A stretch of 40,806 nucleotides of DNA from Octopus bimaculoides (GCF_001194135.2 NC_068983.1:128244237-128285042), one strand, 5' to 3'. Positions 25,571-37,433 are shown, counted from the stretch's first letter. Program-made: numbers and translations. The notes: generated from the sequence alone by a model not told the origin.

Positions 25571-25925
25571 GACCGTCCACCCCTCTGGTTACTGAGTTCA
25601 AATACTTTCTAATTCAACACTGTCTTTCATCCTCTCAGGGTCAATAGCTAGAATAACCACGTAAAGTTAGAAAGGCAGATGAGGTGACTTTGAAGTATCT
25701 GGTTTTCTCTCTATCTGTCAATTCTGATATCTAATATCACATCTTATTGCTGAAAAATTAGGACCACTGGGACTAGGCAAAAATTGGTGACAGGTTTAGG
25801 AAATCCTTAAACAAAATCCTGAGTATTTCAGCTGGTCATCGTCAATGCTGGTGATGCATCAAGTAGCAGTAAAGAGTACAAGTTTGCTCCATGCCTTGTA
25901 AAGTGAATAAAAAAATAAATGAACA

Positions 25926-25956
<31 letters not shown>

Positions 25957-26028
25957 GATATTCTACACCTGAAGTATTTTGATATTAATCTGTAATACGA
26001 CATGTAGATAGCCTGAAGCTCATGTTGA

Positions 26029-26079
<51 letters not shown>

Positions 26080-26171
26080 TGGTATTTACTATGCATCACT
26101 CAACATGAGCTTCAGGCTATCTACATGTCATATTACAGATTAATATCAAAATACTTCAGGTGTAGAATATC
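25957..26171. repeat. Near-perfect inverted duplication: 77-bp arms (25957-26033 and 26095-26171)
   Basis: Arms differ at one position (tacgac versus tatgac). The 61-nt spacer is (AT)n plus cagatggtatttactatgc. Confidence 0.97.
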
Positions 26172-26399
26172 CAGGTTTTGCAATTGTAAAACTACTGTAT
26201 GAGTTTTGCAAAGAGTGGAAACATTAGAGCGGTACTTTATCAGACCTTTTATCAAAGGTGTGCGCATACATTATATGGCTATCAGACATTGTTTATACTA
26301 GGAGGAAACAGAATGTAAATAAAGATGAAATGTAAATAGACTATGAAGAGATGACCAGGGCAAGTAAAGCATCAATATTAAAGGGGGTAAAAGTATGGT

Positions 26400-26580
26400 T
26401 AAGGGATGAAGAAGCAGTAGAAGAGGAAGGAAAAGGCATCAAGCTGAAGAAGGAGATGTAGAAGAAGCAGAAAATGGAGGAGGAGGACGAGGAACAGGGA
26501 GACAACAAGAAGTAGTAGGAGGAGAAGATAATAGAAAAGAAGAAATGAGGAAGAAGGAGAAGAAAGAGAAAGCCCAGATA
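26400..26580. repeat. Purine-rich (GAA/GAG) low-complexity tract
   Basis: Degenerate gaa/gga triplets; explains the Ser/Phe/Leu-rich minus-strand ORFs at 26341-26651. Confidence 0.85.
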
Positions 26581-27291
26581 AATACTTGGTAGGAAGAAGA
26601 GGGGTGATATGGGCAACTGTTATTTTTACTGCTAGCATTGGGAGTAACCAACTGAAATACTCAGGTTCTTTTTAAAAGACTTTTAAAGACTTTTAAGACT
26701 TTTAAAACTTCCTAAGTCTATCACAAATGTTTGCCTAGTTCCAGTGATTCTAATTTTTTTAACAACAGGATATGGCATAAGAAATCTCATTCCTACCATT
26801 CTCTTTACAGTGATTCCTAATAACTTTATAACTAGCCAAGTATTAATTATTTATTCTTTGCTTTTAACACTTGACTCCTAAATTCTACTACTCTCTCCTA
26901 GCTCTATACCAGTGTTCCTAGGCCTATTTTAATAGTAACTTTAATTTACTCTGTGTCATTATCAGTGCTATGTTCACTCAACACCAACATATTAAATAAA
27001 TAGATTCATACCACACTTTAGTTTCTTTATTTTAGTGTTTTGCTTTACCTCCTTGAAGCCCAACCATCCCTGTTAACCATTTTTCTTTCTTGCTTTTGAG
27101 ATGATGAATTCTAGGGTCAGCAGGAATATTTCTCTTCGGTTTCAATACCGTCCCTCTCACTTTACACATGTGGTTTATTGCCTATGTGCTTGGTACTTCC
27201 CTTATCACACTCAATGCTATCTACCTTTAGTAATCTTCATCAGTAACATTGTTCATGTTCGAAATACCTCTTCTCTAGTGGCTATCACTGC

Positions 27292-27350
<59 letters not shown>

Positions 27351-27518
27351 TTATTATTATTATTTATCNNNNNNNNNNNNNNNNNNNNNNNNNNNNNNNN
27401 NNNNNNNNNNNNNNNNNNNNNNNNNNNNNNNNNNNNNNNNNNNNNNNNNNNNNNNNNNNNNNNNNNNNNNNNNNNNNNNNNNNNNNNNNNNNNNNNNNNN
27501 NNNNNNNNCTATCACTGC

Positions 27519-27577
<59 letters not shown>

Positions 27578-27628
27578 TTATTATTATTATTTATCATTAT
27601 TATAATATTGTTATCATTTTTATGCGAA

Positions 27629-27967
27629 GGCACATGGCTCAGTGGTTAGCATGTCAGTCTCACAATCATGAGGTAGTGATTTTAAGTCCTGGACCAGGCT
27701 GTGTGTTCTGTTCTTGAGCAAGACACTTTATTTCATGTTGCACTAGTTTCCTCAGTTGTAGAAATAAGTTGTGGCATCACTGGTGCCAAGCTGTATTGGC
27801 CTTTGCCTTTCCTTTAGATAGCATGGCTGGCATGGAGAGGAGAGGCTGATATGCATGGGCAACTGCTGGTCTTCCATAATCAACCTTGCCTGGACTTGTG
27901 CCTTGGAGGGTAATTTTCTAGATGCAATCTCATGGTCATTCATGACTGAACGGGGTCTTTATCCTTT
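27629..27967 (+). mobile_element. tRNA-derived SINE, family C
   Basis: A box tggctcagtggttagc and a degenerate B box, core ttcttgagcaagacactttatttcatgttgc, and a 3' tail ending ggggtctttatccttt. Confidence 0.8.
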
Positions 27968-28399
27968 TATTATTATCATTTCTGATATTAGTATCATTGT
28001 CTTTGTTACTATTATTCATAGTAGTAGTAGTAATATTGTTATTATTTTCTTTTCATTTTCTTCTCATTTCTAATGTTGTTGTTGTCAGTCCTCTTCTGCC
28101 TCCCCTAACCATAATTTTATCTATTTTGGTATTGATTCTGTACTTGCCCTGTTCATCCCTTCACTGTCTATTTACATTTCATCTTTATTTACATTTTGTT
28201 TCCTTCTGATATAAGCAAAACACAAAGTCTGGCAGACGCACAATGTAAGAGCATACATTTGATGCAGGTTTGAGGAAGTACCACTCTAATGTTTAAAACC
28301 ACAAATATTATGTAAATTTTCACCTGGAACTTTCATGTGAACTGGTATTGAAAGCAGAGTTGGTACAGGAACTATTGTAACTGATCATTAAAAATGTAT

Positions 28400-30110
28400 T
28401 AAAGTGTTTCTTTGTCTTCTTATTTCGAATATTTTTAGCATGAAAAATTCTGATTTGTTCCAACGCGAAATAGATATTATTCTTGCTGCGCGAGCCACTT
28501 TAGTAGATTTTGATGGTACTTTATGGAGTTGGCTAGATGGGGAAAATGCTTTTGATATAGCAATGGGCTCACACAATTCTGCTTAGGCCAGTGACCTAGT
28601 TGGAATATATATCCTTTCATTAATACAGTCTTACTTTCCTGAAGTAACAGGGAGGTCTATATAGGGATGACACCTTATTTTTTCTTGACAGAAGTAGTAA
28701 AGTACAGTTAGAAGGGCATAGGAAAAATTTGTTTAGTCTTTTCAAAATTTTAATACTAAATATTACTATAGGTAAGGATTATCAATAGGGTGAATTTTCT
28801 TGACTCTACCTTCTGTCTTGATTCTGGATTATTTGAACAATTTCATAAACCAAATGATCATATTAGGTACATTAACATAGCATCCAACCATCCACCCTCG
28901 ATTATACGGGGACTAGTTAAGAATATTTCTACTAGAATTTCTAGATTATCTGCTACCAGTAAAATTTTAGAATCTTATACATCTTATTATAATGATGCTC
29001 TAGCTAAGGCTGGGTACCATAATAGAATTTAATATATACAAGATGCAGCCTTAAGCAACACTGGTAATTCCTACAACTGTGATACACATCGTATACCACC
29101 ACAACATTACCGTTTGAGAAATCACTTGGATAAAGAATACAAGCTAGAAGGAATTGGTCATGTCAATGATCCACGAAAGAAAACTCATAGGTCTATGCAA
29201 CATAGTAATTCATCTGCTTGTTCCAATCATGTACAATACACTACATGAAATAAACCTAGCAACAGCTAGAGGAATCAGGATGTCCTCTAGTTCAACCCAA
29301 TTTTCAGTTTGCATGTTTCAACCAGGATCGCTGGAAAATTTTTTTGCTGCTTTGGACAAGTGTTTCCCTAAATCCAATCGGTACCATGTTATTTTTAAGT
29401 GGCAAACCATGAAGGTATCCTATGCTAACTCTGCTAATTTGGAGCAGCTTATGCATTGCATAAACAATAGCAAAATGCGATAAAGGTTCAGTAACCCACC
29501 TAGTGGATCTAGCAAGCATTTATATCTAAATCCCAACCAGGAAGATGTAAACCGCATTGATAATCATCAACTTCGACCAATTTGTAGTAGTAGAAATACT
29601 CATGGTACAGCTAGCATGATAACAACAACGGTAAATGGAGTCAGGGCTGCTTTATATACAAATAAAAACGATAAATGCTCATGCAGAATAAATCAAAATA
29701 TCCTTTGATGAATCTCTGTATGAGCACAAATCTTGTATATAAATGTAGCATGCACACAAGGAGGGGGGGGGGCTATGTTTACATGGAGCAGACTGCTGAT
29801 TCATTTAAGAATCGTTATTGTAATCACGTTGCCAGCTTTAGGTCAATCAATAAGAGACATTTGACATTTTTGACAGATTTTATATAGTGTCTGAAGGAGG
29901 CTAATACGAAATACTATATTACTTCGTCCATAGTAAGACATGCAAAACCATATAGTGCAATTTCCAGGAGATGCTGTCTCTGCTCCGAGGAATCCTTGTC
30001 TATTTTGTGGAATAACGAAGAGAAACTTAATAGAATTTCTGAAAGACTATCGAGATGCCTACACGCATATAAATGTACTTTAGCACAATGCAGTGAGAAT
30101 GAATTTTGAG
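28400..30110 (+). mobile_element. Penelope-like retroelement relic: RT plus C-terminal GIY-YIG endonuclease (pseudogenised)
   Basis: Motifs in order: EIDIILAAR, FDIAMG (28551-28568), LVGIYIL, GLYRDD (YRDD 28660-28671), NFLD (28793-28804), YINIASNHPPSII, FNP (29291), KVSY, CSCR (29676), YPL..LC, LVYKC, FKNRYCNHVASF, KPYSAISRRCCLCSEE and SRCLH (30050-30064). Interrupted by stops and frameshifts. Confidence 0.95.
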
Positions 30111-30869
30111 TAACCGTTAACTTAGTAATTTTATTTTATTAAACTTTAAGTTATGGATGACTTAAATTTACTTTAAACCTCCCCATTCTTCTACTAAATA
30201 TCTAACTCTCTTTGTAATCATGAGTGCGCCTAACCTCGCATGTGTGTATGCTCACATTTTTGCTAATGCTTGTATGAGTGTGTGTACTTGTGTCATGCAG
30301 CTTGCCCATGGGCGTTTATACATACATATCTGTTAACAGTTATTTTCAATACTTTTCTCACTGGATTAAGTGTTCATTTCTCTTTTTGACTTCTGCAATT
30401 TTATTTTTGGATCATCTATATATATGAAGAATTTTCCTCTGGCTGGCTGTTTCTCTCTCTCCAAAATGGAATGTTGCATTACGGAACAGTCATTTCAGCA
30501 AATATTTTTTATTTATTTATCACCTGACAAGATACATCTGTACCATCAGATACTCCTGAAGCAGTTTTGTGTGTCCCACAAGAGGAGGCAATGCTAGATG
30601 TATCAAAAAAATTGTTGTGATTAATAATATATTCTCGTATATTCCATATTCTGTCTTTCATTTGTTATTTATGTATATGTGTGTGCACATATATATATAT
30701 ATATANNNNNNNNNNATATACACACACACACATGAGGGGAGAGAGAGAGACAGACAGACAGACAAACCAATATTCAGTTATGTGTATGGATCAAAACAGT
30801 TTGATTCAAATTCCTTGGTACTCTGAGTTTCAAGTGTAATGTCAATCTTCAGTCATATATATATAATCT

Positions 30870-31035
30870 ACCCAGCACACTCTGTAAAGTGGTTGGTATT
30901 AGGAAGGGCATCCAGTGGTAGAAACCAGGCCAAATCAGACCGGAACCTGGTGCAGCTTTCCATCTTGTCAGCTCTGGTCAAACCACAAAGCCATGCTAGC
31001 CTGGAAAACAAATGTTAAAAATATGACAATGATGA
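30870..31035 (+). mobile_element. Degraded copy of the RTE-tail repeat
   Basis: gtggttggtattaggaagggcatccagtggtagaaacc...ccatgctagcctggaaaacaaatgttaaaa...gatgat aligns with 35760-35917. Confidence 0.8.
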
Positions 31036-31074
31036 TACATGAGTATACGTGTTTGTGCATGAGTTTCTCTTCCT

Positions 31075-31262
31075 ACATACTTTGACAATCTTTGCCGGCT
31101 TGTTTCTGTGCCAACAACTTAGCAGTTCAACAAAGTAAAGTGATAGAATAAGTGCTGGACTTATAAAATTAATACAGGGCCAATCTGTTCAAACAAAGCC
31201 CTTCAAGTTGATGCTTCAGCATGGCTGCAGTGCAACGACTGAAGGAAGTAAAAGAATACAGA
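31075..31262 (+). mobile_element. SINE family A-related 3' half, diverged
   Basis: aacttagcagttc...gatagaataagtgc...cagcatggctgcagt...gactgaaggaagtaaaagaata. Confidence 0.65.
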
Positions 31263-31320
31263 ATTTAGATACTTATACATACATGCATGTGTGTGTGTGT
31301 GTGTTCTGTTTTATTTAAGC

Positions 31321-31724
31321 TCTTTTACTCTTTTATACTTTTACTGGTTTCAGTCATTTGACTGTGGCCATGCTGGAGCACCATCTTTAGTCGAGCAAAT
31401 CAACCTCAGGACTTATTCTTTAGAAGCCTAGTACTTATTCCATTGGTCTCTTTTGATGAACCGTTAAGTTACGGGGACATAAACACACCAGCATCAGTTA
31501 TCAAGTGATGTTGGGGGGACAAACACAGACACACAAACATATACACACACATATATATATATACATATATACGACGGGCTTCTTTTAGTTTTCAGTCTAA
31601 CAAATCCACTCACAAGGCTTTGGTTGGCCAGAGACTATAGTAGAATATACTTGTCCAAGGTGCCACGCAGTGGGAATGAAACCAGAACCATGTGGTTGGT
31701 AAGCAAGCTACTTACTACACAGCC
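31321..31724 (-). mobile_element. SINE family A, full length, short internal microsatellite
   Basis: Reverse complement aligns with 33381-33995 from head to tail. Confidence 0.92.
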
Positions 31725-33380
31725 GGGCTTCTCCAGTATGGTTGTAGCATGATGGGTGAAACAAACTAAAGTACTAAATTTTTGATACAGTTAGAATGGA
31801 CAAAGGAATAAACAAAACAATTTATTACTGGTATGTTTCTGTTTCAAAATCAATATAGAATGTAAATGAAACACAATGTTGAATGTGTGATGATCTAAAC
31901 TCGGTATTTCTGAATGCAGCGTGTAGGAATATGAAATATAAATAAGACTATAAGGTCTTTTTTTATGACTTCAACCATTTCAGCAAAAACTTGTCTGTCT
32001 TGGTCTTGAAATAGTAATAAATATATTAAATAGATGAAAGGAAATATATATTAGAGGCACCACAAGAACCAGATTATTGAACAAAGTCTGTGATATATGG
32101 ACATTATTAGTATATCTTTGATGTCACACTAAGCATTTCATTTCTTGAACCCCTACCAAAACATTTCATTTAGACAAAAACATTGTCAACATTTACAAGA
32201 ATTTATTGATTTCTTTATATTTTTAGACGTGGAGATTTCTTCTGTTTTTTTTTTTTTAGTTTGTTTATTATTATTTTCACAAGGAAAAGGTCAAACTGGA
32301 CATAATTAGTTGAATCAAAGCCAAAAAAAGAAAAAAAAAAGAAAGAGTTTATTACATTAGAAGAGAAAAAATTAACAGCATGGAGTAAACTACCAATATT
32401 AGGGTGTTTGGAATGAATTTAGACTTGCAGCTTTAACCTAGAATCTACACAACATTTCATCTCTTAAATCTGAAGAAAAAATACCCAAACTTGAATTATT
32501 GATCAAACACAAAAAGCTGTTATTTCATCATCACAAGCAAAGATACTGCTATGCTGGCATGTATGGCATTGGTTTTCCAATATAGCATTTTACAAGCATA
32601 CACCCTTTCTGTCACCAACCTATTTAGTCTTTAATTGTGGAAGTTGCATTGTACCTATCCTAAACTCTGTTGCAGGTGGTAAATGTGTGTGTATGAGTGT
32701 AATTTCTAAAATGTTGACAATGTTATAAATTGTACTTATAGCAATTGTGATGTCAAAACCTCTATAAAATGAATTAATTACTGTGTGTCTATTTGGTGGA
32801 CTTTCTTGTTCTACAGGAAGATTATACAATCACAGCAGATTTTTGGGACATGAAATAGCTTCAAACCCGTATGATTTACTCAGAAAGTATTATTGATAGA
32901 TGTTAAAGGGATTCTATTTATGCCTAAATGTTTGATGGTAACATACCTTTGGCTGAACTGTAGGGATCTCATTACAGTGATTTCAGAAAGAGAAGTACTC
33001 AATGATATCATGTTGTGTGAATCTATTGTAATGTTTGTCACGTAAGTTGTCAAATGAATCTATTATTGAGAATCTGCTTCTCTGGGAAGGAGAGTTTGTA
33101 GATTGCATAATTTTATCATGAACTGCATCATGTGTGATATTGCTAATTCCACTTAATTCATCTTAGTTGAGTTACTAAGCGTGAATCAGGGACAGTAAAG
33201 AAATTAAGTTTATTATCTTTTGAATTAATCCATTGGTGAGGACTGGCAACTAAGCATAAAATTCTATCATCCATATTAATGACCAAGGTTAATGGCTATT
33301 GCTTTGGTCAACTTTTTGATATAGACAAATGTATGTATGTAAGTATGTATGTGTGCATATGTATGTATATGCATGCATAT

Positions 33381-33756
33381 AGAGTGGCTGTGTGGTAAGT
33401 AGCTTGCTTACTAACCACATAGTTCTGGGTTTAGTCCCACTGCATGGGCACCTTGGGCAGGTGTCTTCTACTATAGCCTCGGGCCGACCAAAGCCTTGTG
33501 AGTGGATTTGGTAAACAGAAACTGAAAGAAGCACGTCGTATATATATATATATATATNNNNNNNNNNNNNNNNNNNNNNNNNNNNNNNNNNNNNNNNNNN
33601 NNNNNNNNNNNNNNNNNNNNNNNNNNNNNNNNNNNNNNNNNNNNNNNNNNNNNNNNNNNNNNNNNNNNNNNNNNNNNNNNNNNNNNNNNNNNNNNNNNNN
33701 NNNNNNNNNNNNNNNNNNNNNNNNNNNNNNNNNNNNNNNNNNNNNNNNNNNNNNNN

Positions 33757-33787
<31 letters not shown>

Positions 33788-33995
33788 ATATGTTTGTGTG
33801 TCTGTGTTTGTCCCCTCAGCATCCCTTGACAACCAATGCTGGTGTGTTTACATCCACTTAATTTAGCGGTTTGGCAAAAGCGACCAATAGAATAAGTACT
33901 AGGCTTACAAAGAATAAGTCCTGGGGTCGATTTACTCGACTAAAGGTGGTGCTCCAGCATGGCCACAGTCAAATGACTGAAACAAGAAAAAGTGT
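33381..33995 (+). mobile_element. SINE family A, full length, (TA)n core containing an assembly gap
   Basis: A-box-like tggctgtgtggtaagt, B-box-like gggtttagtccc, ccttgggcaggtgtcttc core, internal (TA)n(TG)n, and tail ...ggtggtgctccagcatggccacagtcaaatgactgaaacaag. Confidence 0.92.
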
Positions 33996-34324
33996 AAAGA
34001 GGGAAAAATAGAAACGAGGAAGATTGAGTATAAGAAAGAGTGAAAGAAAGAACCGAATAAAAAGAGAAATGCCAGAAAGAAAGAAGAGAGTAATGTAAGA
34101 AAGAAAGACTGAAAATAATGTACTTATGTCAAGGAGAGACAAGCAACAGGGATAACTGGAGGGCATTTGTGGTGAACATTTTATAGTGCTTTAGATCAGT
34201 GGTGGAAGATGTGTTTTTACTTGCACAAGCAAGGAGCAAAATCAAATTTTGCATTCAGGTATTGAGCAGGCAATATATATATAGAGAGAGGGGGGAGAGA
34301 GGGATATTATATATATGAATGTAT

Positions 34325-34637
34325 TCTTTTATTCCTTTACTTGTTTCAGTCGTTTGAATTCAGTCATGATGGAGCACCACTTTTAGTTGAATAAATCAAT
34401 GCCAGGACTTATTCTTTGTAAGCCTAGTACTTATTCTATCAGTCTCTATTGCCAAACCACTAAGTTACGGGGACCATCAACACAACAACATCAGTTGTCA
34501 ACAATGGGGGGGGGACAAACACGGACACATAAATACACACATGCACACACACACACACATATATGACTGGCTTCTTCTTGTTTCCGTCTTCCAAATCCAC
34601 TCAGAAGGTTTTGGGTGACCTGAGGCTATAGTTGAAG
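34325..34637 (-). mobile_element. SINE family A, 5'-truncated
   Basis: ttacttgtttcagtc...gacttattctttgtaagcctagtacttattctatc...ccaaatccactcagaagg. Confidence 0.85.
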
Positions 34638-34717
34638 TTAATTTTTCCTCTGTAGTAGTCTCATTTCCATTAGATATAACCTGTATCTTCTGCTGCTATT
34701 GAATGATGACCAAAGTG

Positions 34718-34962
34718 CATTTGGCAGACAGAAACTGAAAAAAGCTCATCATATATATGTGTGCGTCTTCATGTCTGTGTTTGTCCCCTACCACTGCTTG
34801 ACAATCAGTGTTGGTGTGTTTAGATCCCCTTAACTTAGCCATTTGGCAAAAAAGACTGATAGAATAAGTACCAGGCTTAACAAAAAAGTAACTACTGAGA
34901 TTGATTCATTTGACTAAAAATTCTTCAAGGCAGTGCCCCAGCATGGCCACAGTAAATGACAA
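34718..34962 (+). mobile_element. SINE family A variant, partial
   Basis: gaaactgaaaaaagctcatc...tgtgtttgtccc...gatagaataagtacc...gtgccccagcatggccacagt. Confidence 0.8.
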
Positions 34963-35067
34963 ATATGTGTATATGCATGTATGTTTAAATACATATGTAC
35001 AAGCATGTGGGTCAGTGATTTTGGTTGTGGCACTTACGATCACCAAACTGTTTCAGTTTCTGATCCA

Positions 35068-35260
35068 TGTGTGTGTGTGTGTGTCTGTGTTTGTGCCCCC
35101 ACCCATTGTTGACAACTGTTGTTGGTGTGTATATGGTCCCTGTAACTTAGTGGTTTGGCAATTGAGACTGATACAATAAGCACTAGGCTTTATTCAACTA
35201 AAGGTGGTGCTCCAGCATGACTGCATTCAAATGACTTAAACAAGTAAAAGAATAAAAGAA
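35068..35260 (+). mobile_element. SINE family A, 3' half
   Basis: gtctgtgtttgtgcccc...aacttagtggtttggc...aaaggtggtgctccagcatg...aaacaagtaaaagaataaaagaata. Confidence 0.8.
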
Positions 35261-35277
35261 TACATACATATATAATA

Positions 35278-35328
<51 letters not shown>

Positions 35329-35573
35329 TATTTATATATATATTATATTATGTATATNNNNNNNNNNNNNNNNNNNNNNNNNNNNNNNNNNNNNNNNNNN
35401 NNNNNNNNNNNNNNNNNNNNNNNNNNNNNNNNNNNNNNNNNNNNNNNNNNNNNNNNNNNNNNNNNNNNNNNNNNNNNNNNNNNNNNNNNNNNNNNNNNNN
35501 NNNNNNNNNNNNNNNNNNNNNNNNNNNNNNNNNNNNNNNNNNNNNNNNNNNNNNNNNNNNNNNNNNNNNNNNN

Positions 35574-35917
35574 GCACATGAGATGCACCATTTTGAGCGT
35601 GGCCGTTGCCAGTACCGCCTGACTGGCTCCCGTAGGATTTTCGAGCGAGATCGTTGCCAGTGCCCCTGAACTGGCTTGTGCGGGTGGCACATAAAAGACA
35701 CCATTTCGAGTGTGGCCGTTTTCGTGCGGGTGACACGTAAAAGCACCCACTACACTCTCTGAGTGGTTGGCGTTAGGAAGGGCATCCAGCTGTAGAAACT
35801 CTGCCAAATTAGACTGGAGCCTGGTGTTGCCATCCGGTTTCACCAGTCCTCAGTCAAATCGTCCAACCCATGCTAGCATGGAAAGCGGACGTTAAACGAT
35901 GATGATGATGATGATGA
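35574..35917 (+). mobile_element. Young GC/CpG-rich non-autonomous repeat with RTE-type 3' tail and (GAT)n terminus
   Basis: Internal tandem motifs, then gagtggttggcgttaggaagggcatccagctgtagaaac...aacccatgctagcatggaaagcggacgttaaacgatgatgatg. CpGs retained. The 5' end is lost in the gap. Confidence 0.8.
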
Positions 35918-36880
35918 TATATATGAATGTAGCTATATAAACAAAAAATAGGTGAAATACACAATAACATTATAGGAATTGTTCTAATATTTATAGAAAA
36001 ATTAAAAGACAAATGTGCAACATTTCATTTTGAGATCTTAAATTTTTATCTTATATAACCAATTCTATCCATTCTCGTTGGACTTAACCAATAAGAATGA
36101 GAAAATAATTACAGCATTTGAAATATATATAGTTGAAATTGTTGCAGCTAGACACAGAAGTAGGGCATCCGTCTACAAGTCAATGAATGTCCCCTAAAGA
36201 ATTTAAGTGAAAGGATACAGTTTTTCAAGAATAAGGAACAAAAACAAATGAACAATGAATGAATAATATGTTCAGAAATATAAACCTTGCTTAAATGGTT
36301 GACAAAATATTTCCTTGACTTATAACCTAAAGAACACTTACATACAATGAGGGGTGATTCAGACATATATGCATATTCACATATTGTATGGGTATGTACA
36401 ATAGATTATTAACTTTTGTGTATGTATGTGCAAATGAATATGTATATGTTTGTGTGTGTGTGTGTTCAAGTGATCATGCATGTCTGTGTATATGTATATA
36501 CGCACACATGTATAACTTCATTTATCTTATGAAGAGTATTCCATTTTGCCAAGACAAAAATAAGAGGGCAAATGTAAGCACTTAATTATTTATGACCTGC
36601 CTAAAAGAATTAAACTAACCATTCCTTATCTTACCTTTTAATCTGACCACCTCATTCTTCTACTCACAACATTCTCAGCTTTGTTTATTTAATTATCTCA
36701 TTCTCTTTAAGTATTATCCTATCAATCTCGCTAAGGCAGACAATTGTTTACAAATCTTGTCACTTAACACCTTAACATTTATACCAGCCATAGCCTGCCA
36801 AAATGTTCTACCGGATTTATGTTCAATCCAGCCAGATCTAGCCTTTCACACCTATCTGACAAAATCATTCTATAAATAAA

Positions 36881-37340
36881 CAGGCATGGCTGTGAGGTAA
36901 GAAGCTCACTTCCCAACCACATGGTTCCAGTATCAGTCCCACTGTATGGCACCTTGGGAAACTGCATTCAACTATAACCTTAGATCAACTGAAGCCTTGT
37001 GAATGGATTTGGTAGATGGAAACTGAAAGAAGCCCATCGTATAATATATATATATATATATATATATATGAGTCTGTGCGTGTGTGTGTGTATGTGTGTG
37101 AATATGTATGTGTGTGAATGTGTATGTGTGTGCTTATTTGTGTCTGTGTTTGTCACACCACTACTGCTTGACAAAAGGTGTTGTTGCATTTATGCCCCCT
37201 TAACTTGGCAGTTCATCAAAATACATCGATAGAATAAGTGCCAAGCTTTAAAAACAAAAGTACTGGGTAGACTCATTCAACTACAAATTTTTGAAGGTGG
37301 TGCACCAGCTTGGCTGTAATCTAATGACTGAAACATATAA
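36881..37340 (+). mobile_element. SINE family A variant, full length
   Basis: Head ggcatggctgtgaggtaagaagctcacttcccaaccacatggttcc, internal (TA)n(TG)n, and a variant tail ending ctaatgactgaaac. Confidence 0.88.
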
Positions 37341-37433
37341 ACAAATCACATCATTGAAATCTCAAAGTTATGAAATAACACATGATTAATTCAAAACAAT
37401 GTGAATAAATAAACATAATATTTAAAAGGTTAA

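Noticed and set aside
27282-27595. Identical 87-bp blocks on both sides of the gap (27282-27368 and 27509-27595)
   Set aside because: An exact duplicate flanking an N-run is the signature of overlapping contig ends (negative gap), so it is most likely an assembly artefact.
27629-27720. tRNA-like A/B boxes here and at 9766, 18069, 33381 and 36881
   Set aside because: These are SINE heads followed by shared core and tail modules; no complete cloverleaf, so not tRNA genes.
30529-30620. Protein-like + frame DTSVPSDTPEAVLCVPQEEAMLDVSKKLL* and an AG...GT segment on -
   Set aside because: Competing interpretations on both strands, weak splice sites and no homology recognised.
32817-32895. Strong + acceptor (ctttcttgttctacAG) followed by RLYNHSRFLGHEIASNPYDLLRKYY*
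   Set aside because: No good donor or recognisable product; it cannot be supported without RNA data.
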